Of a stretch of DNA of 32,000 bases, positions 1-7,104 are shown piece after piece (the first letter of the stretch is position 1; every line of letters begins with the position of its first letter). The DNA is from an archaeon (GTDB lineage Archaea; Iainarchaeota; Iainarchaeia; Iainarchaeales; CSSED10-239). Position numbers and translations under genes: made by a program. Under the pieces are notes generated by a model. That model did no database searches. It was not told the DNA's origin and worked only from the letters and a program-made list of their open reading frames with translations. Location: the NCBI GenBank assembly GCA_041657425.1, contig JBBABY010000003.1:60001-92000 (forward strand). Reading direction: 5' to 3'.

Positions 1-110
1 ATTGCACACATATGTGGTAAATCATCAATTTTATGTGTTTTAAAAATACATTCTCTTAATGATCCACAACTATTACACTTCCAAATATATGTGTATCTCA
101 TATCTTCCAT
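1..110 (-). CDS. hypothetical small Cys-containing protein (partial, C-terminus beyond left edge)
   Basis: ATG at 110 on the minus strand with GAGGT 6 nt upstream. Reads MEDMRYTYIWKCNSCGSLRECIFKTHKIDDLPHMCA and is still open at position 1. Confidence 0.4.
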   Translation of the reverse strand, partial: MEDMRYTYIWKCNSCGSLRECIFKTHKIDDLPHMCA

Positions 111-119
111 ATTATAACC

Positions 120-782
120 TCAATTTTTAATCCTTACTCGAAATCCATCAAAGATTTCGATCATCCTTATATCATATAAGAAATCTTCAAATGGTTTGGG
201 GTCTGTTTCATCTGGCAACATAGATTTTTCTTTTGCAATATCTAGATATCTAAACCACTTTCCAATATTCTCATTTGTTACTTCATCTTCCGGTGGTTCA
301 AATTCAATTTTGTGGTTCATCAACATTGTAACACCAAATTGAAGCGTTCGCATGGTTGCTGCTTTGCTTTTCATAGGGTCTTTTACTGTTGCGTGTTTTA
401 TTGCGTCGTTAAGTTGTGAATGTGCCATTCCATTGATTGACGCATAAGATGATTTGGAAAGATTGTTAATTGCAATTTCGCGGAGTTTTACTAGCCATTC
501 GCTATTCTTATGAACGATTGGTGAACAAACACTCCATATTGCATTCACATTGCCTTTCTTAAGCAGATAAACAAGATGCCCAATTTCCATATATTGTGCA
601 TCAATTTCTTTACCTTCGTAAATGTAAGATTTTGCTGCGCGTGTCTTTTCAAATGTGCTGGTTCGTAAATACTCCAATGATGGTTGCTGAAATACATGAA
701 ACAAATCATAATCCGAATCTGGTTTATTCATCCCCCACATGCGGGAACCTACTTCGGTGGTGAAAAGGTAATAGACGGTCAT
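120..782 (-). CDS. Pol-beta superfamily nucleotidyltransferase (PF10127/RlaP-like predicted nucleotidyltransferase)
   Basis: 220-aa ORF. N-terminal GSRMWGMNKPDSDYDL fits the hG[GS]x9-13Dh[DE]h signature. Family assignment is from memory of the motif layout. Confidence 0.6.
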   Translation of the reverse strand: MTVYYLFTTEVGSRMWGMNKPDSDYDLFHVFQQPSLEYLRTSTFEKTRAAKSYIYEGKEIDAQYMEIGHLVYLLKKGNVNAIWSVCSPIVHKNSEWLVKLREIAINNLSKSSYASINGMAHSQLNDAIKHATVKDPMKSKAATMRTLQFGVTMLMNHKIEFEPPEDEVTNENIGKWFRYLDIAKEKSMLPDETDPKPFEDFLYDIRMIEIFDGFRVRIKN

Positions 783-785
783 GGT

Positions 786-1301
786 TTAATCCCAATAATG
801 ACTTGGTTTCCCATTCACCCACTCGTGTCTATGCGCTTCATCCCATGTTACTTCAACGGTCACGCGATTATCATCTCGATAATATCTGTCGTTGTAGTAA
901 TAATATCGGGTGTTACTCCAATAGTGCGAGATTATGTTTACATAATCTGTTTTATACACAATGGATGAAAACGGTGTGTAAGTTGAAACAACGTGAAACT
1001 GCACACGATCTCCTACATTTAATTCATCATAATACGAATATGGAACATTGAAAGTGCGATCATCTTCTCTTATATTTATCTGGCAAAATCCGCCGCTGGT
1101 TGTCATGGAATCTACGGTTACAACATTTGTAAGATATGAAGTGGGTTCTGGTGTTGGAGTGGGTGTAACTGTTACAACTATTGGAGTAGTTGTGGTATTC
1201 ACATGCCCATAATTGTATCCTGCATATGCGACAGATGCCGCTAAAAGCAGGATTGCAATGACCAAGATTGGTGTTGTACATTTTGATGTGTCGATTAACA
1301 T
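786..1301 (-). CDS. membrane-anchored protein with Thr/Pro linker and Tyr/Asp-rich ectodomain
   Basis: N-terminal TM helix ILVIAILLLAASVAYA, linker TTTTPIVVTVTPTPTPEP. GGTGA SD 7 nt upstream. TATAAATA-type box at about 1344-1351 (minus). Confidence 0.6.
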   Translation of the reverse strand: MLIDTSKCTTPILVIAILLLAASVAYAGYNYGHVNTTTTPIVVTVTPTPTPEPTSYLTNVVTVDSMTTSGGFCQINIREDDRTFNVPYSYYDELNVGDRVQFHVVSTYTPFSSIVYKTDYVNIISHYWSNTRYYYYNDRYYRDDNRVTVEVTWDEAHRHEWVNGKPSHYWD

Positions 1302-1356
1302 TTCTTTTTCACCACTTTGTTATTCTTATATACGTTATATTACTATTTATACCTTT

Positions 1357-1770
1357 TTACACTTCAATATACTTCCCATGATTATGGTCATCGTTTGGAG
1401 CAATATACGCCACTTCTAATTCTGGATATCCTTTAACAATATTTCCATGTTCTACTTCTGCCGTATAAGTACATCTTTTAACTTGCTTTCCCCATGCACC
1501 GCGACTTTCGAAATACAAAATATTGCCAGATGTTGTAATAACTTCGAGATTTGTCAAATCCACAGACCTTACAGTATATGTAATCATGTTGGGTAAAGAA
1601 TATGGATAAATTGTGGGTGTTGGTGTAGGAGTAGCAACAGTTTGATAAATAACCACGGGCTGCTGGGGATTCATCCGATCCATCACAATACCAGCCCCAC
1701 ACGCCAATATGAACCCCGCTATTAGGGTTATAGCAATAATGTATAAGGCTTTCAGAAGTTCTTCTTGCAT
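1357..1770 (-). CDS. membrane-anchored protein with TPTPTPT linker (paralogous architecture to 786..1301)
   Basis: Track ORF 1357..1866 would overlap the ThyA-like gene by 65 nt. The internal ATG at 1770 (MQEELLKALYIIAITLIAGF) lies exactly 20 nt downstream of TATAAATACA (1791-1800, minus). TM helix, TP linker and TTSG-containing beta-rich domain follow. Confidence 0.6.
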   Translation of the reverse strand: MQEELLKALYIIAITLIAGFILACGAGIVMDRMNPQQPVVIYQTVATPTPTPTIYPYSLPNMITYTVRSVDLTNLEVITTSGNILYFESRGAWGKQVKRCTYTAEVEHGNIVKGYPELEVAYIAPNDDHNHGKYIEV

Positions 1771-1790
1771 AAAAGAGTATTGTGGGTAAT

Positions 1791-1800
1791 TGTATTTATA
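1791..1800 (-). promoter_or_regulatory. TATA-like box (TATAAATACA) for leaderless start at 1770
   Basis: Matches the window-wide box consensus and sits 20 nt from the ATG. It lies between the 1770 start and the ThyA-like stop codon at 1802. Confidence 0.5.
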
Positions 1801-1801
1801 A

Positions 1802-2545
1802 TTAATGCCACAATTTTTTAAATTCGTTGATTTGTGATTGATCTCTCTTGAAATAAATATGCGCACTCAAACTTGTAATTTCCATCCACCCAAATTCGAC
1901 ACCACCCAATTTATCAACTACCATTTTCTGTAAGATCATTAAAGCATATGCATTGCTCCCCCACGCGCTTAACATATCATTAGACCTAAATAACGCGTGC
2001 ATGTTGAGTTTATTATTTCTAATAAAAAACAACAAATGATTTAAACACGGGGGATCTTCTGCCATTTCGAATCCCGCCGGTTCAAACAAACTTACAACTG
2101 CGCGCCTTGTTGTAGGTGTTTCGGTGAGTTTCCTTACAACATATTCAATCTGGTCGGTTCCATCTCCTTTCCCGTTTCCATAAGGCCAGTCTATACGTAT
2201 CAATTTGTTATTTTTATCATATACTTTAAATGGAGTCCCTTCTGGGTAATCAAAGATAAGATTTGAGTATAAATAAGAAAAATCTGGTTTTCCTTCTTTA
2301 TCCACAAATGGGCGAGGTGTCATAACTTGCCGCGCATACATCTCTAATGCTTTTGCACCAAACTTAAATGCGGGAGAAGAAAAAGGAGGAATATTGGGTT
2401 TGTTTATGTGGATATTTACAGGCTCGGGGTATTCAAATATAGATTCTCCATCTTCCGTAACAATATCGTTATAATCGCCGGTCATAATTAACTTAACAAC
2501 TGCTTCGTGCGCGTCAGCAATATTATCAGTAATTATCGTGTGCAT
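1802..2545 (-). CDS. thyA: thymidylate synthase ThyA-family enzyme (archaeal-type; dUMP methylase or dUMP hydroxymethylase)
   Basis: TTRRAVVSLFEP (Arg-Arg phosphate clamp), PPCLNHLLFF (catalytic Cys), and RSNDMLSAWGSNAYAL with Asn 11 residues after the Arg, as in E. coli R166/N177. Confidence 0.85.
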   Translation of the reverse strand: MHTIITDNIADAHEAVVKLIMTGDYNDIVTEDGESIFEYPEPVNIHINKPNIPPFSSPAFKFGAKALEMYARQVMTPRPFVDKEGKPDFSYLYSNLIFDYPEGTPFKVYDKNNKLIRIDWPYGNGKGDGTDQIEYVVRKLTETPTTRRAVVSLFEPAGFEMAEDPPCLNHLLFFIRNNKLNMHALFRSNDMLSAWGSNAYALMILQKMVVDKLGGVEFGWMEITSLSAHIYFKRDQSQINEFKKLWH

Positions 2546-2735
2546 TTCTCACCATTTTAATAAGTTCTCTATCTAATTCATCTGCTCCCATATTATTAAT
2601 GCCACCAATAGTATGAAGTGCATCTATTTCATCCATCATACACGAAATGAATTTGGCGCATCGTGGGCCGTCACAAAAATAAGCGGAATTGCGGGATGGG
2701 CAATTCTTTTTTTCGTAGAGTGTCGTGAGTTTCAT
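2526..2735 (-). CDS. hypothetical Cys-rich protein
   Basis: 69-aa ORF, co-directional, overlaps the next gene by 20 nt. ATGA overlap with the upstream ORF at 2732-2735. Confidence 0.5.
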   Translation of the reverse strand: MKLTTLYEKKNCPSRNSAYFCDGPRCAKFISCMMDEIDALHTIGGINNMGADELDRELIKMVRNAHDNY

Positions 2736-2950
2736 ATTTCCTCATTCCTTTTATTTACTTTCTCGATAATTCTATAATCATTAGCATAAACCCTTCTGGG
2801 TTTCTCATCACCAAATTGCACTATAATCTTTTGGTGGTGATTACCTACTTGGTTTACAATACCACGGACTGTTCCTATAGGGTGAAGCACGGAGGGATTG
2901 CCGGAAGCGTATTGTATGCGGTCACCGGGTTCAAAAGTTTGTTCTTCCAT
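2732..2950 (-). CDS. hypothetical protein
   Basis: 72-aa ORF with a TAATG 1-nt overlap to the upstream ORF at 2950. Confidence 0.5.
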   Translation of the reverse strand: MEEQTFEPGDRIQYASGNPSVLHPIGTVRGIVNQVGNHHQKIIVQFGDEKPRRVYANDYRIIEKVNKRNEEI

Positions 2951-3165
2951 TACAGACCCCTACAATTTATATCAATTTCATACACTATCCATCCAAATAT
3001 ATATGAAAGAACCCCCATACCTATCGTAAGTGGATGTGAATTTGCTATACCAAAAACCAATCCAATTCCCGATGTAACAAAAAATAATGTTGCTGCAAAT
3101 TTAAGTGCATTATTATCTAAAAATCTTAATACTTGCTCGTGTGGATATAAAGTTTCATCAATCAT
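2950..3165 (-). CDS. hypothetical membrane protein
   Basis: The track start at 3168 is TTG; the first ATG is at 3165. Two hydrophobic helices (FAATLFFVTSGIGLVFGIA, MGVLSYIFGWIVY). Confidence 0.5.
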   Translation of the reverse strand: MIDETLYPHEQVLRFLDNNALKFAATLFFVTSGIGLVFGIANSHPLTIGMGVLSYIFGWIVYEIDINCRGL

Positions 3166-3248
3166 CAAATCATCACCAATAACATAAATGTCATAATGCC
3201 AACCATGATACCGTTAAACATTATAAATCGTTTATCACTCTCGATCAT
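3165..3248 (-). CDS. 27-aa hydrophobic micropeptide (below track cutoff)
   Basis: MIESDKRFIMFNGIMVGIMTFMLLVMI. The ATG overlaps the upstream stop (ATGA at 3245-3248) and its stop overlaps the next ATG by 1 nt. Confidence 0.3.
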   Translation of the reverse strand: MIESDKRFIMFNGIMVGIMTFMLLVMI

Positions 3249-3520
3249 TTAAACACCTCCGGATTATCTTTCAACACTTGAAATAATTGTGTCGCTAATG
3301 TTTGTATTGCACGGTGTTCTAATTTGAGTTCATTCTCTTCATTAATAACTTCAATAACTTCATGCAAAAGAGTTGCAAGAGACATATCTTGTGATAATGT
3401 ATCATCTATATGAATAGATGCAGATTCAAAAACAGTTTTGCCATAAGATTCGGAAATTTTGTAATCCACGGGTGTTATTTTATATCTCACTCCACCAATT
3501 TTAATGTCGTCTGGCATCAT
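3245..3520 (-). CDS. hypothetical protein with degenerate HExxH-like motif (HEVIE)
   Basis: 91-aa ORF, ATGA-coupled to the Pth2 gene. LLHEVIEVI lacks the second His, so no peptidase call is made. Confidence 0.5.
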   Translation of the reverse strand: MMPDDIKIGGVRYKITPVDYKISESYGKTVFESASIHIDDTLSQDMSLATLLHEVIEVINEENELKLEHRAIQTLATQLFQVLKDNPEVFK

Positions 3521-3870
3521 AGAAGTTTCAACCCTCCGACAACCTTGTTAATCTTTTCATCTTCGTCCGGGCCTATTGCAATGCAAGTAAGGGTATTTGG
3601 TTCTATCTGGGTGAAACCCAAATCAATAACTTCATGAACTTGGAGATTATTTAAAACAGCAGTTTCTTTAATACGTTCCAACGTTGGCAGATCGGGCACT
3701 TTAAGAATAATTTTTTTCTGCCCATCATTCCACCATTTATATGTGGTTTCGGTATTATTCAATCCCGATCTATACGCCATTACAGAAGCATGACCAACTT
3801 GCCCTGCGATTTTACCACAAGACATATCTAAATCTTTACGAACAATAATAGCAAGTTTCATAAAAAGCAT
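3517..3870 (-). CDS. pth2: peptidyl-tRNA hydrolase, archaeal/eukaryotic type (Pth2)
   Basis: End-to-end Pth2 pattern: KLAIIVRKDLDMSCGKIAGQVGHAS ... GQKKIILKV ... DLGFTQIEPNTLTCIAIGP ... VGGLKLL. Confidence 0.85.
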   Translation of the reverse strand: MLFMKLAIIVRKDLDMSCGKIAGQVGHASVMAYRSGLNNTETTYKWWNDGQKKIILKVPDLPTLERIKETAVLNNLQVHEVIDLGFTQIEPNTLTCIAIGPDEDEKINKVVGGLKLL

Positions 3871-3887
3871 TATAGTATATATTCTAA

Positions 3888-3897
3888 AAGTATTTAA
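3888..3897 (-). promoter_or_regulatory. TATA-like box (TTAAATACTT) upstream of pth2
   Basis: 18 nt upstream of the ATG at 3870. Overlaps the stop codon of the upstream gene. Confidence 0.4.
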
Positions 3898-4259
3898 TGG
3901 TTTGGTTGGATGTAAGAATTATATCCCCCACCAATAACTAGATTTCCATTATAATCTACGGGTCGCCCAGTATATGTTTGATTCAGCATCTTCTTCAATA
4001 GATTATTCTGCTCATTAATAAGTTCGTTCTGCTTCTCCATAAGAATAGTCTGACGGCGAAGTTCTAAAAATGCAAGATACTGAGACGATGGATTATCTTT
4101 CCCAAATCCAGAATATGAGCCAGCGATATGTGTCCAATCAATAGATGTTTGAATTCCAAGATTATAATACTCCTGTGGATATGTCACATTCTCCGCACAT
4201 ACATGCGGAATAAAAACAGCAATCATCAATGCGATAATCAAAATAGGTAAAGATCTCAT
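3894..4259 (-). CDS. secreted/exported hypothetical protein
   Basis: Signal-peptide-like N-terminus MRSLPILIIALMIAVFIPHVCAEN. Confidence 0.6.
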   Translation of the reverse strand: MRSLPILIIALMIAVFIPHVCAENVTYPQEYYNLGIQTSIDWTHIAGSYSGFGKDNPSSQYLAFLELRRQTILMEKQNELINEQNNLLKKMLNQTYTGRPVDYNGNLVIGGGYNSYIQPNH

Positions 4260-4396
4260 TTCAACAACTCCGGTTTATTCTTCCTCATCCAGTTTATAAA
4301 ATAAGTTTGTTCCTCTTCCGTCATTGGTGAAACATGACCGTTAAGTGTGATCATCACACATCCTTTATTATTCACACATCTTTCTATTACGATCAT
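4256..4396 (-). CDS. 46-aa hypothetical protein (below track cutoff)
   Basis: MIVIERCVNNKGCVMITLNGHVSPMTEEEQTYFINWMRKNKPELLK, with ATGA overlaps at both ends (4393-4396 and 4256-4259). Confidence 0.4.
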   Translation of the reverse strand: MIVIERCVNNKGCVMITLNGHVSPMTEEEQTYFINWMRKNKPELLK

Positions 4397-4611
4397 GCCA
4401 TTCTCCGGTATTTACCGAGTCCAATTCTTTCAAGGTTCAATTCTTCCATGTATGGATTAATGTAACGTCCCGCAGAAAAAGGACTTGAAAGATTACATCT
4501 ATTTGCTACATCCTGTGAAGTAAATTCATCTCCCATACCATAGGTTTCGAGAAATGCGAGAACTCGCTTTCTACGACCAGCACGTTTTTGGGTACTTGTT
4601 TGTTTTGACAT
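4393..4611 (-). CDS. putative winged-helix DNA-binding protein
   Basis: Track ORF starts at 4668 with no SD. The ATG at 4611 (MSKQTSTQKRAGRRKR) has an AGGAAG SD and a TAATG overlap with an upstream 53-aa ORF. Basic N-terminus followed by a helix-turn-helix-like core. Confidence 0.45.
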   Translation of the reverse strand: MSKQTSTQKRAGRRKRVLAFLETYGMGDEFTSQDVANRCNLSSPFSAGRYINPYMEELNLERIGLGKYRRMA

Positions 4612-4772
4612 TACTTCTTCCTTTCCCATTCCTTCGGTGTAATAATTTTCTTCATCCACACGCTGCATCGCGTAGTTCCAACTTGTTTATAATTTGTCGA
4701 AGCTGGGTTGTTGCAAATTCCATTACTCTTCCGCGCACCACAGTTGTGGCAGCCGTCATTTTCTGTCATCAT
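4611..4772 (-). CDS. 53-aa zinc-ribbon-like protein (below track cutoff)
   Basis: MMTENDGCHNCGARKSNGICNNPAST. GGAG SD 8-9 nt upstream; ATGA overlap with the upstream micro-ORF. Confidence 0.35.
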   Translation of the reverse strand: MMTENDGCHNCGARKSNGICNNPASTNYKQVGTTRCSVWMKKIITPKEWERKK

Positions 4773-4918
4773 TTATGTAGTCTCCTATAACCTCTGCATC
4801 CAAATATCATTTTTACAAATCTTCCCCATTTCCCAGTGTATCCATACATATGAAAACACCCTTCGGGGTCTAGAGATTCTTGCCGCTCTGCACAATCATC
4901 GTCACATGGGGAGATCAT
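4769..4918 (-). CDS. 49-aa Cys-rich protein (below track cutoff)
   Basis: MISPCDDDCAERQESLDPEGCFHMYGYTGKWGRFVKMIFGCRGYRRLHK. Starts 2 nt after the stop of 4921..5154. Confidence 0.35.
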   Translation of the reverse strand: MISPCDDDCAERQESLDPEGCFHMYGYTGKWGRFVKMIFGCRGYRRLHK

Positions 4919-4920
4919 TT

Positions 4921-5154
4921 TTAATTCACCGGATCCCACTTACTATCAAAATGCCCGATTCTTACCATTGTGGGCAATCCACCAATAGTCACAATACCTC
5001 CGATATCTGTGGATTTGATTTCTTTCCCATCCAATGCAAGAACACGCTTGTTATTTTCATCGATTACATATCCTTCTTCATCAACATCCTTACTAAAAAG
5101 GTAGAGAAGTTCGTTTGTTGATTCTTTGTCAACTGTTGTTACTGGGTCAATCAT
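4921..5154 (-). CDS. hypothetical protein
   Basis: 77-aa ORF, co-directional in a tightly packed operon. Confidence 0.5.
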   Translation of the reverse strand: MIDPVTTVDKESTNELLYLFSKDVDEEGYVIDENNKRVLALDGKEIKSTDIGGIVTIGGLPTMVRIGHFDSKWDPVN

Positions 5155-5176
5155 TTTATCATATCCGTATATGCGT

Positions 5177-5467
5177 TTATACTATAAATAAACATAGTAT
5201 TGATGCTCCCAAACATGCTAATGCGCCAATTACCGAGTTACCAGTAAAGATAAATGCCGCAAGTCCTGCTACTTGACCAACAATTATACATTTTATAATA
5301 GTTGGCATCGCGTCGGTTTTTTGTTCACCACTACAATCTTCCCCTTCACAAACATACCCTTTAAGAAGTTCATAAGAACCGCCTTTTTTACACTTGTATT
5401 TAATAACTTGCGGATTTTGTGCACATTCGGTGCAGTTGCCACAATTTGTGTGAATTGGTGTGGTCAT
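5177..5467 (-). CDS. Cys-rich protein with C-terminal membrane anchor
   Basis: The ATG at 5467 gives an ATGA overlap with the upstream stop (5464-5467). Sequence CGNCTECAQ ... CEGEDC, followed by VGQVAGLAAFIFTGNSVIGALACLGASILCLFIV. Confidence 0.55.
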   Translation of the reverse strand: MTTPIHTNCGNCTECAQNPQVIKYKCKKGGSYELLKGYVCEGEDCSGEQKTDAMPTIIKCIIVGQVAGLAAFIFTGNSVIGALACLGASILCLFIV

Positions 5468-5694
5468 GGGATCACTTGGATACATGGCAGTATTGGAATA
5501 TATGGAATGATGCCAAATATAAACATCGAAAATCCAACAATGGCGAAGATGATAGACACAGTAAACAAAACAACATTAGAAATATTGCATTCGGGAACAT
5601 CGGTAAATATGTATTTTGCAAAATAAAATGACGGGATAAATACAATCGCCCCAACAACCACCAACATCCACGAGGCAATGGTGATGCAGGTCAT
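5464..5694 (-). CDS. hypothetical membrane protein
   Basis: 76-aa ORF with 2-3 hydrophobic helices. Confidence 0.5.
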   Translation of the reverse strand: MTCITIASWMLVVVGAIVFIPSFYFAKYIFTDVPECNISNVVLFTVSIIFAIVGFSMFIFGIIPYIPILPCIQVIP

Positions 5695-5696
5695 AA

Positions 5697-5903
5697 TTAC
5701 GCACTCCCGTGTAATGAAACAACAGAAGGTGTTTCATAGATTGCTGGTTCTTTCCCGAGAGTTTCTTTATAAATGTAAAGCGAATCTTTCTTTAATACCT
5801 CATCTGCTTCTTCGCGGTTGTGCGCCAATACAACAATTATTCCGTCGCCGTAATCAGTTAATACGTCTTCGTCCCGCACGAACATTTTTAGTTGTTCTAC
5901 CAT
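5697..5903 (-). CDS. hypothetical protein
   Basis: 68-aa ORF, co-directional, with 2-3 nt gaps to its neighbours. Confidence 0.5.
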   Translation of the reverse strand: MVEQLKMFVRDEDVLTDYGDGIIVVLAHNREEADEVLKKDSLYIYKETLGKEPAIYETPSVVSLHGSA

Positions 5904-5906
5904 TTT

Positions 5907-6320
5907 TCAACACTCCTTTGTTACACTACTATTGTCTCCAAAGTATTTATACTTTATTAATCGCGTTCTACATTCCGGGCATCGGAACGCAAGAATATGG
6001 ATGTTCATCTCGGTCATTTCAGCATGTCTTTCATCAGATATGTCGCCGTATCTTTCCAAGTATGAATTGAGAAGAATGATGTCATCTCCAGTAGGGTTCG
6101 CGTATTTCCAATCAAGATCACGTCTCGTATATTCTTCCACACATTCACAAATTCTTTTGTTGGTTAGTAATAGATCTATACAACCATGATCCAAATATCC
6201 CTTTATAGAATTACCTTTTCGCATGGAAGGTAACAAGAGATTATTAAATTCGGCGAGCACAGAATTGAGGTGTTTATTACAAAGACATTGTGGGTTGATA
6301 CCCGGGAATAAATTAACCAT
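5907..6320 (-). CDS. possible pyrimidine-dimer DNA glycosylase (T4 endonuclease V / Pyr_excise-like)
   Basis: N-terminal INPQCLCNKHLNSVLAEFNNLL resembles the L..qHL..E.rEl start of the family, and KGYLDHG resembles the GY.nHP block. This is the first gene of the block, 20 nt from its TATA box. Confidence 0.45.
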   Translation of the reverse strand: MVNLFPGINPQCLCNKHLNSVLAEFNNLLLPSMRKGNSIKGYLDHGCIDLLLTNKRICECVEEYTRRDLDWKYANPTGDDIILLNSYLERYGDISDERHAEMTEMNIHILAFRCPECRTRLIKYKYFGDNSSVTKEC

Positions 6321-6340
6321 AATATCAGATGGGTTATGCT

Positions 6341-6385
6341 AGTATTTATAGATTTTTACACGCGTCCTAGAAAACTATAAATACT
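6341..6385. promoter_or_regulatory. palindromic divergent promoter
   Basis: AGTATTTATAG (6341-6351) and its perfect reverse complement CTATAAATACT (6375-6385) flank a 23-nt spacer containing ACGCGT (6360-6365). The left box is 20 nt from the minus-strand ATG at 6320. The right box drives the plus block through an SD-containing leader. Confidence 0.6.
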
Positions 6386-6436
6386 TTTGAGTTTCATATA
6401 GTAGTGTAGCAAAAATTACAGGGGTGAAAAGAAAAC

Positions 6437-6646
6437 ATGACCGAACTTTATGTATGCAAAGAATGCACGATGAATTGCCACTTGCGACAAGACAGTGAAA
6501 TGGAGAAACAGTTTCCAACAGTTTGCCCGCATGGGATGCTAGCACATTATGTAAAACCACCTTGGAAATTGGTTGTTAAGAAAGAAAAGTCTCAATCTGC
6601 ATCATATCTCAAAATGCAGGGTGTTGAGATTATTGGGAGGAAATAA
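6437..6646 (+). CDS. hypothetical Cys-rich protein
   Basis: 69 aa. GGGGTGA SD about 10 nt upstream. CKEC ... C ... C ... H pattern. Confidence 0.55.
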   Translation: MTELYVCKECTMNCHLRQDSEMEKQFPTVCPHGMLAHYVKPPWKLVVKKEKSQSASYLKMQGVEIIGRK

Positions 6647-6647
6647 G

Positions 6648-6797
6648 ATGACATTGCATAGTTATATGGTTCATGTTCCAGTTAACACATCCGGAAACGA
6701 AACTATGATTGAAGGTGTGAGAAGAAGGTTGAAAGAAATGAGCGAAGCAGATGATGTTCAACTTGTGAATACTCTTGATATATTTAAGAAGGTATGA
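6648..6797 (+). CDS. hypothetical 49-aa protein
   Basis: ATG at 6648 with a GGGAGG SD 7 nt upstream. The track ORF starts earlier, at 6573, and would overlap the previous gene. Confidence 0.45.
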   Translation: MTLHSYMVHVPVNTSGNETMIEGVRRRLKEMSEADDVQLVNTLDIFKKV

Positions 6798-6800
6798 ATT

Positions 6801-6932
6801 ATGGACTACGGAGACTTATGTGGTAACGAATTCCGCGATGACGAGCCAGAACTGAATAACCAGCTCGTCTTTGTGGAAGATGCAGAAGAATCGTCAGGTG
6901 AACTTATGGAACTGCTGGATAGGTATGAGTGA
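6801..6932 (+). CDS. 43-aa acidic protein (below track cutoff)
   Basis: MDYGDLCGNEFRDDEPELNNQLVFVEDAEESSGELMELLDRYE. Its stop overlaps the next ATG. Confidence 0.35.
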   Translation: MDYGDLCGNEFRDDEPELNNQLVFVEDAEESSGELMELLDRYE

Positions 6933-7102
6933 TGAAAATAAATATGGTATCAATTTGCAAACACACGGGATTTGAAAGACTTCCTTCCGGAAATGGTCTT
7001 ACTCTTTCATCGTGTTGTCATAAAGATTCTGGTTCTTCTCTCCCGGTAATCTGCGAAATTGAGAACCAAAGTAAATGCAAATGTTATGAAAAGGAGTATT
7101 AA
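6932..7102 (+). CDS. 56-aa Cys-rich protein (below track cutoff)
   Basis: MKINMVSICKHTGFERLPSGNGLTLSSCCHKDSGSSLPVICEIENQSKCKCYEKEY, with a TGATG overlap to the upstream ORF. Confidence 0.4.
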   Translation: MKINMVSICKHTGFERLPSGNGLTLSSCCHKDSGSSLPVICEIENQSKCKCYEKEY

Positions 7103-7104
7103 CC

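Noticed and set aside
3245-3520. Zinc metallopeptidase call based on LLHEVIEVI
   Set aside because: The motif is HExxE, not HExxH, and I cannot identify a third ligand. The ORF is left as hypothetical.
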